Below are positions 26,385 to 39,099 of a DNA stretch of 64,000 bases, one piece after another. The position numbers were made by a program, and so were the translations under genes. Location of the stretch: positions 38,624,846 through 38,688,845 of the forward strand of contig NC_068981.1 of NCBI RefSeq assembly GCF_001194135.2, written 5' to 3'. Position 1 is the stretch's first letter. Each line of letters begins with the position of its first letter. The stretch is from Octopus bimaculoides. Its lineage: Eukaryota. The notes beneath the pieces were generated by a model that made no database searches, had not been told where the DNA came from, and worked only from the letters and a program-made list of their open reading frames with translations.

Positions 26385-28143
26385 TAATAGCAACTATAGA
26401 AGAAATACCTAGCCAAAGATAAACCTCTATACTTGGCTTTTGTTGACTTGGAGAAAACCTTTGACAGCGTCCCCTGATCCCTTATCTGGTGGGTGATGCA
26501 GAAACTGGGGATTGATGAGTGGTTAGTAAGAGCTATACATGCCATGTACAGGGATGCTGTTAGTAAGGTAATGATTGGCAATGAGTATAGTGAAAAATTC
26601 TGGGTAGAAGTAGAGGTCCACCAAGGATCAGCCTTCAGCCCTCTCTTATTCATCATAGTCCTCCAGGCAATAACAGAGGAATTCAAGACAGGCTGCCCCT
26701 GCAAGCCCCTCTATACTGATGACCTTGCTCTCATAGTGGAATCACTACCAGAACCAGAGAAGAAATTTCAGGTGTGGAAGCAAGGTTTAGAATCGAAGGT
26801 CCTTAGAGTCAATGTTGCAAACACCAAAGTCCTAGTAAGTAGGAAGGCAAACACATTACAAACCCCTTCAAGTAGATGGCCCTGCTTGATCTGTAGAAAA
26901 GGTGTAGGTAAAAACTCTATAAGTTGTACCCAGTGTAAGCTATGAATGCATAAGAGGTGCGGCAACATCAAAGGAAGGCTAACCGGGAAGATAGCTTTTG
27001 TATGCTGCAGATGCACAGGTGTAATAAACATCATAGATCCTCAGAAAACTAATTCTATCACATGCCAGGGGAAGAGACTTGAAGTGGTTGATAGCTTCCA
27101 CTACCTAGGTGACCAAGTTTGTAGTGTGGATGAATGCTCAGAGAGTGTTCCACTAGAATAAGAATAGCCTGGGCAAAGTTCAGAAAGCTACTAACTCTAC
27201 TCGTGACAAAGGACCTCTCGCTGACAGTGAAAGGTAGATTGTATGATGCATGTGTGCAAACTGCCATGCTACATGGCAGTGAAACATGGGCCATGACTGC
27301 TGAAGACATACATAGGTTCAAAAGAAATGAAGCTAGTATGATCCACCGAATGTGTAATGTCAGTGTGGACACACGACAGTGTCAGTGCCCTGAGAGAAAC
27401 GTTAAGAAGAATCAGATGTGGGGTGCAAGAGTGACGACTGCACTGGTCTGGTCATATGCTGCATATGGATGAGGAGAGCTGTGTGAAGAAGTGTCATTCC
27501 CTAATAGCGGAAGGAACCTTTGGAAGAGGGAGACCCAGGAAGACATAGGATGAGGTGGTGAAGCATGACCCTCGAACGTTGGGCCTCACAGAGGCAATGA
27601 CAAAAGACTGAGACCTTTGGAGATATGCTGTGATTGAGAAGACCCAGCAAGGAAAGTGAGTTCACAGCCATAGCCTACACCAGTGTCGCATAACCAGCCC
27701 ATTTAGAAAGTACCTTTGAATCGTCGGGTGACATGCCATGCTTGGGGAGACCTATTGAGTCGAGTAAAATCAAAATCAAAATCAAATCACAATCAAATGG
27801 AAATTGTATTTGTGACTGATACCTGTGCTGGTGTCATGCAGTAAGCACCATTCATGCATGAGTCGCTGCCAGAGCCACCTGATTGGCTCCTGTGCCGGTG
27901 GCATGTAAAAAGAGCCATCCGAATGTGGCCAGTGCCAGTGCCACCTGACTGGCTCCCGTGCTGGTGGCACATATAAAGCACCCACTATGCTCTCAGAGTG
28001 GTTGGCATTAGGACAGGCATCCAGCTGTAGAAACATTGTCATATCAGATTGGAGCCTGGTGCAGCCTCCTGGCTTGCCAGTCCCCAGTCAAACCGTCCAA
28101 CCCATGCTAGCATGGAAAACGGATGTTAAACGATGACGATGAT
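26385..28143 (+). mobile_element. 5'-truncated RTE LINE: RT domain, C-terminus and full 3' UTR with (GAT)n tail
   Basis: YLAFVDLEKTFDSVP, VHQGSAFSPLLF, LYTDDLAL, FHYLGD, RIRIAWAKFRKL and LYDACVQTAMLHGSETWA, with stops and frameshifts; ends TTAAACGATGACGATGAT. Confidence 0.95.
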
Positions 28144-28821
28144 ATTCATATGCAGACATATCAATGTGTAGTATGAAAATGCGCACGCACGTACACACAT
28201 ACACACACACAAATACATGCATGCACACACATGCATGCATACACATATACACATGCATGCACACACAAGCACATGCACACACATGCATACACACACACAT
28301 ATGAATACCCATATTCTATATATTCACCCATACTTTTTATAATCTTTTAGCATTTTTACATTCATGTATATCTGTTTCTGTGAATGCATATGTTAAAATA
28401 GTGTATCTACATGTAGTAAATGAAAATATGTCTTCATTGGATTGTAGTTGTACATCTAATTATATTTCATGTAATATGTATATGCATAGTCATACACCTC
28501 TGCCCCACTGTCAATAGTGTCTTATATATTCACTTGTCTTTCTCTCTTGCCCTTTCACACCTAGATGCACCTCTTTAAAACCTAGTAGATACATAAATGT
28601 TTCTCTCAATCCCTTCCATTACTTTCCTGATATCCTTTCCTCTTCTTAATATCACTTACAACAGTTTAACTGTCTTTATAATTTATTATATAATTATTAT
28701 GATAATTATTATTAGTATAATAATACCTAATACTCTTTTATTCTGTTTTCTTATAACCATACATGCACACAACAATGATAAAATGAAATACTGACTTTAT
28801 TCATGTAAATACATCTTCTTT

Positions 28822-29271
28822 GCGAAGGTGCATAGCTCAGTAGTCAGAGTGCTGGGCTCACAATCATGAGATAGTGAGTCTGATTCCTGAATCAGGCTGT
28901 GCGTTGTGTTCTTGAGCAAGACACTTTATTTCATGTTGCTCCAGTTCACTCAGCTGTAGAAATGAGTTGTGTCATCACTGGTANNNNNNNNNNNNNNNNN
29001 NNNNNNTCAGGCTGTGCGTTGTGTTCTTGAGCAAGACACTTTATTTCATGTTGCTCCAGTTCACTCAGCTGTAGAAATGAGTTGTGTCATCACTGGTACC
29101 AAGCTGTATCAGCCTTTGCCTTTCCCTTGAATAACACCAGTGACATGAAGAAGGAAAGCTGGTATGCATGGGTGACTGCTAGTCTTCCATAATTAACCTT
29201 GCCTGGACTTGTGCCTCGGAGGGAAACTTTCTAGGAGCAATCCCATGGTCATTCATGAGTGAAGGGGGTCC
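28822..29271 (+). mobile_element. tRNA-derived SINE (CORE-like body) interrupted by an assembly gap
   Basis: A box TAGCTCAGTAG, B box GTCTGATTCC, and TTGAGCAAGACACTTTATTTC; 92 bp are duplicated across the N gap. Confidence 0.75.
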
Positions 29272-30063
29272 CTACATTTTCTTTAACTAATTTCATTCGG
29301 GTGGTCAATTAAGAGAATCACAATGAGTTGCAAATATTTCATTTAGCTATGATTGATTGAGATATGACACTGCACTACAAACCACAAAGTTACAAGTTCA
29401 AACCTTATTATAGCATTTGTTCTGTCCCAGGCAAGGTGCATAATTATTCATGCCTTAATGTGCATGACTGATGAATGAGGCTGCATTTTTATTTGCATGC
29501 TCGAATAGAAAGGAGGAAGGTTATTCAGTTGTAGAAATAATTTCCCTAATAATAATTAAAATGTCAAAATTTGAAAACTCTATTGCACTGCTGTCCATTG
29601 AAATATAAAAAAAAAATTGTGAAGTAAACTATAAGAAAACACAAAAGAGACACAAAATAATTTCTTTTCAGAAATTCATTGATATAACTTGGTTAAATAA
29701 ATTAATCTGTCATGCTAAGAAAATTTCATCTATAATAATTATTGCACCACCACCACCACCTCAAAGACCACCATCACCACCATCACCACCATCAGCACCA
29801 CAGCCACCACCACTGCCAATACCACCACATCTAACTCCCAACTACCAAAACACTATCATCATCGTCATCACCACGACCACGGCTACCATCACCATCACCA
29901 TCACCATCAGTATCAGTCTTCAGTAATATCTACTTGGTTGTTCTATGTGCAGCGGAGTCTGAGATGAACAATGCTCTGTTTGTGCATGCTGCATGACACT
30001 GCTGTTAGCTAAATTATGTAAGCATTTCATTGCTCATGTCAGACAAGTCTGTTCACCATACCA

Positions 30064-30065
<2 letters not shown>

Positions 30066-30109
<44 letters not shown>

Positions 30110-30187
30110 TGTGTGTGTACCATCATCATCATTTCAACCTCCACTTTTCCATGCTTGCATGGGTCGAGTGATGATAGTATGTGTGTG

Positions 30188-30220
<33 letters not shown>

Positions 30221-30246
30221 CTAGAGAGAGAGAGAGAGAGAGGGAG

Positions 30247-30290
<44 letters not shown>
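30066..30290. repeat. Compound microsatellite: (TG)n, (CAT)n, (TA)n and (GA)n
   Basis: Read directly from the sequence. Confidence 0.95.
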
Positions 30291-30291
<1 letters not shown>

Positions 30292-30984
30292 GCTGTCATC
30301 AGTTTTAGTGTGTATGTTTGTAACTGCAAGTTTTTATGACAAAGTCTAGGCAGTTGCCTATAATAATTATTATCAATAGAAATGTCAGTCGATTTCTTTC
30401 CAAAGAGAAATTGCAGGATAACATATTGGATATGGTCTGTGGTTATATAAGAATAATTCTGTATTTTGAGATATAAAGAAAAAAAGAAACTGTTACTGTC
30501 TGACCTAACCAGAACCACTTCTATTAATTTTAGAGGAAACCTGAGGCAAAAAAAAAAACCTTGAAAAGTAATTATCTTATGTAATAGATTTTAATATCTA
30601 TCCGTTTATCTTAGCTTCATCATTTTACTTCCATCTTCCATATTCTTATGGGTTGGTCTACTTGTCATGGTCTGGCCATCCTGTTCTGAGTCAGTTCTTA
30701 TCAGGAGTTATTGTCCTCCTAGCTGGGTGGGAGGAAACCATATGCACACACACACACACACACACACACACGAACATTCAGACAGTCACATTACTCTGTC
30801 AAATGTAATGCTTATCTAATCAGATTGTTTTGGATTTATCATGCATTATCTTATAGCTGCGAAATTTTGATGATGTGACAGTTTATTTTTAGGATGACAT
30901 TGTAGGGTAGGTGTGAAAGGTTCAATCAGGCCATTTTGAACAATAAAGCAGGTAGAATATTTTGGTCAGATATAACAAGTTTAA

Positions 30985-31260
30985 ATGTTAAAGGGCTAAG
31001 GTGGCTTAGACAGAGGTAGAAGGCATCTCCAATGACCTGTTTGTGGGGCTTCAGAGCCTGGTGGAAGAAAAGGAGAAAGATTTTGATAGTCTTGAACCAG
31101 AGATAAGTTCTGAATGGTTGTAACAGAGTTGACTTTTCTAAAGACATGCAAGATTTTGTTGCTGGTTAAACTGGATGACAGATGAGGTCTAACATTTAAG
31201 GTGAGGTCAAGAATGACAAGGCTATGTACAGCTTCTACCAACCCAGCTTCTGTCAGAAAG
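30985..31260 (-). mobile_element. Degraded CR1/L2-group RT C-terminal remnant
   Basis: LVILDLTLNVRPHLSSSLTSNKILHVFRK resembles LGxxxxxxLxWxxHI...KL..L.R; broken frames. Confidence 0.4.
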
Positions 31261-32419
31261 TTTGGTTTAGCATAGGGCTATTGTAGAAGATACAAATGCA
31301 AGCACAATCCCATGAAATTGAAATCAGGACCACATGATGAGAATAGAATTCTACTTCATGTTCCTTCTTCTGCAAGTATAAGAAAATAGAATTAGAATAC
31401 TAAGTGTCTTATACGAGAAATTGTTTTCCTTTTCACGTCTTAATTTTGAATGTTTTGTTTAAGAATTAATTTTATCAGAAATGAATAAAATTTCATTTCT
31501 GATAAGTTTTGTCATCAACATTATTGTCATGATTGTGATCATCATTGCCTCCTCCTCCTCTTTCTTTTTCCCTCCTTCTCTTTCCTTGTCATCACCATTG
31601 TTGTCTTCATCAACATCATTGTCACCACCATCGTCAGCAATAACATTTGATTTCCTGCAATAGCTATTCGGTTGGCCTATGTGCTGTAGAGTCCAAGAAT
31701 ATCTTTCTTATTGTCTAAACTTTTTCCTCTAAATGAGAAAATTTTAATTCTTCCGTTTCCTAAGTTTTAAGTTTATCAACTACCATCATCGTTATCATCT
31801 TTTTTTATTCTACTTTCCTTACTGACACGTACAGGACAAGTTATCAATATCTGAGTCATTTCTGATCTGGTGTTATTGCCCTCCTAGACTTATTGGAGGA
31901 CCATGTCTCACACATACATTTGATTTTTTTGTTATTATTTCTATGAGTGGATTCATTTCCTAATGCTAATCCCTTTAAACAATACGTGAAATACATTTTA
32001 TTATGCTTCTGACCCTATAATTTGGGAACTAAGAGACATTATTTATGAAAAGAATATTTACTTGTATAGCATCTACAAATTTTAAGAATGTCGGTGCCTA
32101 TGTAGTTTAATCAACCTGCTAGAAATAGCAACCAAAATCTCCCTTGGATCAAGTTCTAGTCTTAAAAAAAAGCCAGATTGGACAATGTACCAAGATCATC
32201 AGAAAAATACATGAGGTGGTCACAACTGGAACATAGTTAAATATAGGTTTCATCAAGTTGCTCATATGGAACTCAATTCAAATATTTTAATGGCAGTCTC
32301 AAGCATGGCCACAACCTCTGGTTGAAACCAGTAAAAGAACAAAGGAATTGTTAACCAAATATTTTTAAAATGTGATTTTGTTTTGCAATTAGTAATTACA
32401 GATAAAATATTTAATTAAT

Positions 32420-32724
32420 AGCATTTTTGCTTCACCTTAGATTAAATTTAGTCATATCAATATCGTCCATCTATTCTTCAGGACCCTAACCACAGTTAAA
32501 CTATAAAAATTTAAACATGTTTTTATCACAAAAAAATAAGGATATTGAATAGATACTATGTCAACTATCTCAACCAACCATATGACAGAAAGTAACATTG
32601 GTATTATTCTACAGAGACATTATATATAAGAAGCCATGCACATTTAGTATATACAAAGACAGACAGACGGACGGACAAACCAACGCCGATGAAAACATAA
32701 CCTCCTTCCTTGATGGAGGTAATA
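32420..32724 (+). mobile_element. Helentron/Helitron-like non-autonomous element 3' end
   Basis: (GACA/GACG)n followed by GATGAAAACATAACCTCC-ttccttgat-GGAGGTAATAA; terminal hairpin ACCTCC/GGAGGT at 32700-32720. Confidence 0.6.
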
Positions 32725-34751
32725 AGAGATCAGAAAAGAAAATCATGTAGAAAGATTATGACAGCAAAAATTTAGACTAGCAAATTTATAGTTTAAAAGT
32801 GATAGTCACAGTTAGTTCTTGAAACTTTGTTTTGAAAGCTATGTAACTGAATAAATGTCTCAACACAACTATTCAAGTATTCATTTTGCAGAAAGATTTC
32901 CATTTCTAATAAGACCAATTTGTTAAAGGTACACCGAGTACATAAGGTATATTAGTATATGTATATAAGTTGAAATCTGTAAAGAATAGAAGGCTTACAA
33001 AAATCTATTGTGAAAAAGGGAAAGAGAGAAGAAATAATAAATAATAGTTAAATAAACAGATAAGTAAATGGTTAGATAGACAGATATATAGATAAATGTT
33101 AGGGCTTTACTTAGCTTTGTTTGACAAGGAATAGTTTCTGCTGGAGGAAAAAAAAATGTCTTTTGTTAGAAAGTAACTCTAAAGGAATCCCTGAAGGATT
33201 CCAGATTCTAGAATGATAAATTTCTAAGAGATTATATTGATATAAAAAAAAAAAAAACGTATTATTCATTGAAGGTCTGGTTTTGAATTAATGTTCCAGT
33301 TTTGTGTATGGTTTAAGCAAAATGAATTACATTATAATTTCTGTTATAATAAAAGAGGAGGAAGTTCTATGAAATTCTGCTAATAAAACAAGGTATGAAG
33401 TTTGAAGAAAAATATATCTTTTTGTAAAGAAAATTCGACACATTATCAAAATATAATGAAATATCCTTTTCATGGTTGATTTTTAGACCCTCCAGGCAAA
33501 TTGACTGTAGACAACACATTCAGCCTTAAAAGAAAATATATCAGTTTATAGCAAAAGCAATCCATTCATGAAAAGGTTTCCAAAGAAATAGAAAATGAAT
33601 TATATAAAATACAGTACTGAATGAAAACGTTGCATTAGTAATGGAAATGTAAAAGGAGGAATATTTTTAGAATAGAAAAAGGATCATTAATAGCAGAGAG
33701 ATATATTTATTGTGTTACCAGGAACATTACTGAAAATTTTCACTTTATATGGCATTAGCAGGAGAAAAGTTTTCAAAATTATGATTGTTGTAAATTCATG
33801 AAATAATGAATAAGTTGTGAGGTTAAGTTATAAGATATTCCTTTTGAATAGGTAGGTAAGTTTTACAACATTAGACTTAGAATCGTATTAGCTTGAAATA
33901 ACAGCTATTTCAGAGGTGGATTAGCTTTCTAACATCAATAGAAATATCTACCAGTCATATTTTGAACTATAAATAATTGAACTAGTGAGAGTTACAAGAA
34001 ATTACCACATCAAAGCAAACTGTGTAATTTATCTTTATGATATTTTCATGAAAAGTATTTCTGTTTTGATTTTTTATTGGTTTATTTCTTCTACTAAGTA
34101 AACTATCACAAGTATGATGCATGCAAATAATTTGCTGGTGTTGATTGCAGAACTGTACTTATTTTGGCAATATTGTCTTCAGTGATTTTAAATAAATGGT
34201 ATTTGTCACTCAATAGAACAGATCCAATAAATGGTTACTCCTCCCAAGGAGTCTGAATGGCTGGATTTTCATTTATTCTGTTTGAGATTGCTTGTTGATT
34301 AGACTTTTAGTCATAGGATTCTTTTTAGCCTTATAAGTTTATAAGTCAAATTAATAGCTAGTTTTGATAACTGCAAATTTACTATGGGACCTTTGACTTC
34401 AAACTTCTTTGGAAATATATAAACAAATAGAATGATGTTATGTGAGAATAATTAGATACATCACTAAATACACTCAGAGAAGCATAAGAAAATAAGAGTT
34501 GGATCAGGAGAAATGCTAACAACTAAATAATGGCACATAAAGAATCTGTTATTTGATAGTCTTAATGGTATTTTGAATGATTTAATGATAGCAGAAAAAT
34601 TAATGTTATCACATCAAATGTGAGTAAAGTCTTTGAAACCTCAGGAAATATAAAAATATGAATGCTGAAGAATTTGGTTAGTTATTTATTTCAAATGTTT
34701 TTGTTTATTGTTGAAACAACCATTTTATATGAGCATACATGATATTTTTTA

Positions 34752-34895
34752 GTTTAGCTATCAAAATGCTTGTTTGACTATCATAACTTTTGTTTGGCTA
34801 CCAAAGCATTTGTTTTGATAGCAAAACATTTGTTTGGTTATCAAAACACTTGTTTGCCAATGAAAACATGTTTGGTTATCAAAACATTTATTTGG
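34752..34895. repeat. Degenerate 20-bp tandem array, about 7 units (TTGTTTGGYTATCAAAACAT), with quasi-palindromic units
   Basis: Read directly; one unit, TGTTTTG-ATAG-CAAAACA, is a perfect hairpin. Confidence 0.8.
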
Positions 34896-36857
34896 GTGCA
34901 AATGGAAACTTCTATGGGCATAGCCAGGATTTTGATTTAGAGAGTTCTCAATTATTAAAATGGATCCACCATCAACCTTCTAAAATGCATTTGAATATAC
35001 ACGGATATGTATATTATAGTATATATTATATACACATATGTAGCATGGAATGGAGCTGGTATTTAGGTTCCTCCAAACCTAACAGTTATGTATGAGTCAT
35101 CTGTATCTACTTTAAGCATATATTTGCACCAGAAAAATGCAATTATTAACAGTTCAAGGCAACATTTATAATATATTTTTTGTGTTGTTTGAATAAGTTT
35201 CCTCTTCTGTTTTTATTATGTTGAAACCTAATGTTTTATTTTTATTTTAAAAGGAAAAGTTAAGGAAAAAAAAGTCATATAGATGGAGACCTTTCTGGCT
35301 GTGGTCTTTAGATTTAACTTAACCTATGCTATATATTTTGCAAAATGTAATTTATTGATTTTATGTGTAAGAAAATGAACACTTCTAGCCTTAAGTAACC
35401 TATATAATTCTCCAGTTTAATTTTCTATGGTGTTTTATTTTAAAATGATATCTAATACTGCTTGAAAACAAAATATATTGGCATATTTTATATGACACAT
35501 AGAAATTGATTTTTGTTTCAATTCAGACAGTCTACCATTCAGAATCTTTCCCCACAAAATTCATCTTGGCCTGCTCTTATTGATTCTTCATGTTCCTTCT
35601 AGTGAAAGACCATTTGCCTTGAAGAAGCTCAGCAAGCTATCAGTATTGATTCCTGTCAAAGTTGTTCCAAACATAAATAATTCCAATATTCAGTCCAGTC
35701 TGAATAGCTAGGGCATTGTCAAATGAATTTAGAAAACTAGAAAGATTTAAACGTTTTATGTGTGAGTGTCTATGTTCGTTTTGCTCTAATGACCTTCAGT
35801 TTTATGTAGGGTAAAAAATCACCAGTCGCTATTTTTTATGTACCTGACAAAAATCAATACAATTGAACCAGATTATTTTTAGCGAGAAATAAGTAGAGAA
35901 TAACGAATTCTATTATGTTTATATCAATTCAATTGGTTTAACTATTCTCTTATGTTATTAACTAATCAACATGAAATGAAAATGTTTACTCGTACTCAAG
36001 TTGATTTCTATAGTAATCTATATGGTATTGTATAAATGTAATTGAGTAGTTCATTTTAAACTGATTCAATATCAGTATAAATTACAACTACTGGCAGTTT
36101 TAGTTATGTTTTTTACTGCTTTTTCTTTTATTGTAAAATTTCCAAAATCAAAATCCTGATATCTAAAATACTAAATTGAATTTTTCACTTTTGTATTTGG
36201 TTTGCAAGTTTCTTGTGCAAACTTGTGTGTTGAAACATACTTTGTTACATCTCAGAAGGGTAAACTGAATTTATTTGTTCAGATTCATGTGGGTATGACT
36301 TCAAGGAGATCTGGTTATAATTTCTAGCATGTTGATTGACTGCATGCAAGACTCCTCATTGGCTAATTGCTTAGGGTTATATAAAAGAAAGACCCCCATT
36401 CCACATTGTCAATATTTATTTTGTTAAAGGTTTATTTGTGTTATATTTCTAAATGAAGCAATAATAAAAAATGCAAAAATATCCTGTATATTTCCTTATG
36501 TCTGATTTTATTTTAGTAAATTGAAAGAGAAAAATTTTAACATTTTTTTTTCCCCTGAAAAGCCAAATGAATTTAGAATGAGATGCTTTCCCCATTAAAG
36601 TCTGGAGTCATCTTCAGTGACTGAATTAAGAATAAATTAATCAGTAGCTTGATAGAATAAAATTGCAGTTTGGTTCTAGAATCTAATGTTATTATATTGG
36701 CAATATTTTGTTAGTATTTCTAATGGAAGTATTTTAATTTATGTACAGTCATGTATGCACACATATACATACTCAACTACATTAATACACTAGAAAATAG
36801 TCTTTCTAACACTCTAACCCTGTTTTGTTAATATTGATTTTTTTTTTACAAGTACAA

Positions 36858-36858
36858 T

Positions 36859-36925
<67 letters not shown>
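36858..36925. repeat. (CA)n microsatellite
   Basis: Read directly from the sequence. Confidence 0.97.
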
Positions 36926-36926
<1 letters not shown>

Positions 36927-37261
36927 CTATATTTAGTAAGATGTATATTCAATTAAAATGACCACAGTATATTACTAGTACATATTTTCCTATACCATTA
37001 GAAATAGTTTTGTTAAACCAGTTTGGTGAATTAGAGAGTTGCTATCCTATACTTTCACTATATGTATTAGTGTGTTCTAGTCAGTAGAGAAATAAGTGTC
37101 TTGAGGTGTTTTTGAATTTCATTTCGAAATATGTAAAAGAGTGATTTTGGAAGGTAGTCTATTCAAAGTGTTCCATATTTTGTTATACAATTTGCCATAG
37201 AATCTTAGGATGAATACTGCAGTAACTGGCCTGTCAATAGTATGCATATAATGGTTCTAAA

Positions 37262-37700
37262 TTTTGGCCCTGGGCCAGCAATTTCAGGGGAAGGGGTAGA
37301 TCATTATATTGATCCCAGTGCTCAACTGGTACTTATTTCACTGACCCCTAAGGAATGAAAAGCAAAATCAACCTCAGCAGAATTTGAACTCAGAATGTGA
37401 AGACAGATGAAATACCATTAAGAGTTGTGCCCAGCAGGCTAACTGTTCTGCCAGCTAGCTGCTTTAATGGTATACATCAACTATTGTTTTCAAATTTTGG
37501 TATAAGGCCAATAGATTCAGGGAAGGGTGTAAGTGAATTACATCAACCCTAGTGTTCAGCTGGTACTTATTTCATTAACCCCTAGAAGCTGAAAGGCAAA
37601 GTTGGCCTTAGCAGAATTTGAACTCAGGACATGAAGATGGACGAACTGCCCTTAAGCCTTTTTCCTGGCATGCTAACGGTTCTGCCAGCTCACCACCCTA
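37262..37700 (-). mobile_element. Two tandem copies of a tRNA-derived SINE (Deu/Nin-like core)
   Basis: Both copies (about 37262-37465 and 37495-37700) read GAGTTCAAATTCTGCT.AGG..GA/CAAC.TTGC.TTTCA..CT..GGGGT.A.TGAAATAAGTACCAG on the minus strand, with a B box. Confidence 0.8.
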
Positions 37701-38417
37701 GTGGTATGTGTATTTTAAGTATGATACATAACAGGCTAATTTATCATGTATTGTTTTCTATAATTGTTGCATATTGATACTTCATATTGATACTTCATAA
37801 ATGTAATTATTTCTACTCAGAGAATACAATAATTAAAATTTAGTTCTATAAAAACAAGAAAGATAAAAGTAATAATTATCTAATCATTTCATAATATTTT
37901 ACAATTAAAATGTGTTCATGAGGAAGATATCTGAGTACCGATGCTCCTTGTAGACCAGGAATAGAATTTTAAAACAAATATTTGTTGTTGTGGTTTTGCT
38001 CCATCTCAGGCAAGCTGGTGATCAAGTTTCCAGTGATGACTAATACTTTCTTTTTGTATATCCAAGGCTATATCATCTATTGTCTCCTTTTTATATTAAG
38101 ACATTAGAATGTGAGTTGAGGGAGTTTTGACTGCCATTTTTAGCTTGTCAAGTGACTGCATAGAGACTTCCCAATTGATTGTGAACTCCTAGATGGTTAC
38201 TTTGTAGGTGAGTTGAAAAGATAGACATAATATTGGGGACATACTTTTAAAAGGAATTCTAGTAATTATAGCTTGGAGAAGTGACTCAAGTACATTTGCA
38301 AGGAAGTTATATTTTAAATGTTACATGTTTATCAGAGAATATTAACATGTGAAATTTAGAAAAGGAGACAGTTAATAAAAATTTTGGTTTTATTGACAAA
38401 GAGAAGGAAAGAAGGAT

Positions 38418-38520
38418 GGGGGAGAGAGAGATGAGGAGGGATGGGAGAGAGAGAGAGAGATGAGGAGGGATGGGAGAGAGAGAGAGAGATGAGGAGGGAT
38501 GGGAGAGAGAGAGAGAGATA
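38418..38520. repeat. About 31-bp purine-rich tandem repeat x3 (GATGAGGAGGGATGG plus (GA)n)
   Basis: Read directly from the sequence. Confidence 0.85.
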
Positions 38521-39099
38521 GTGTAGGAGAGTGAGAGAAAAAGAGAGAGCGAGAGAGGTTTTGTTTATATTTCTTAGAATAGTCTATAAATATTTGATCA
38601 ATTGATCAATGTGTTGGTTAAAAGTCATGTGTTTATTTAATATACTTGCTTTAGATATCAGAAAACATTGGAATATCAGTGGTATTGAAGACAGATTTTC
38701 TCTCATTATATAGTAATGAGAGATAATCGTGTACATAAATTTATTGCATAGTTTTTGAGCAATGCTTTTGATAATCAATCATCTGCATATCTATTTTGAG
38801 AGTTTCATATATTCAGGCAGATGGGGAACATATTAATATCATAATAATCATCTTCATTATCACATATTCTTTAAAGTTAACGTGTTATAAATTAAGTTAT
38901 GAAAATGCAACTGTAAATATAGAACTAGACTAGTCACAATATTTATACTGTATATATTATAGCTATCTTTAAATGGGAAAAATCAACATAATGATTAAGC
39001 ATTTTGTGGCAGTTGTCCATCTATTAAATAATGCTTTTTACAACCAGTTACCATTATTAATTAAAAAAAATTTTTTTTTTTACTTTTTTTACACTATCA

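Noticed and set aside
34752-34895. CRISPR array interpretation
   Set aside because: Eukaryotic context, contiguous repeats with no spacers, and no cas genes.
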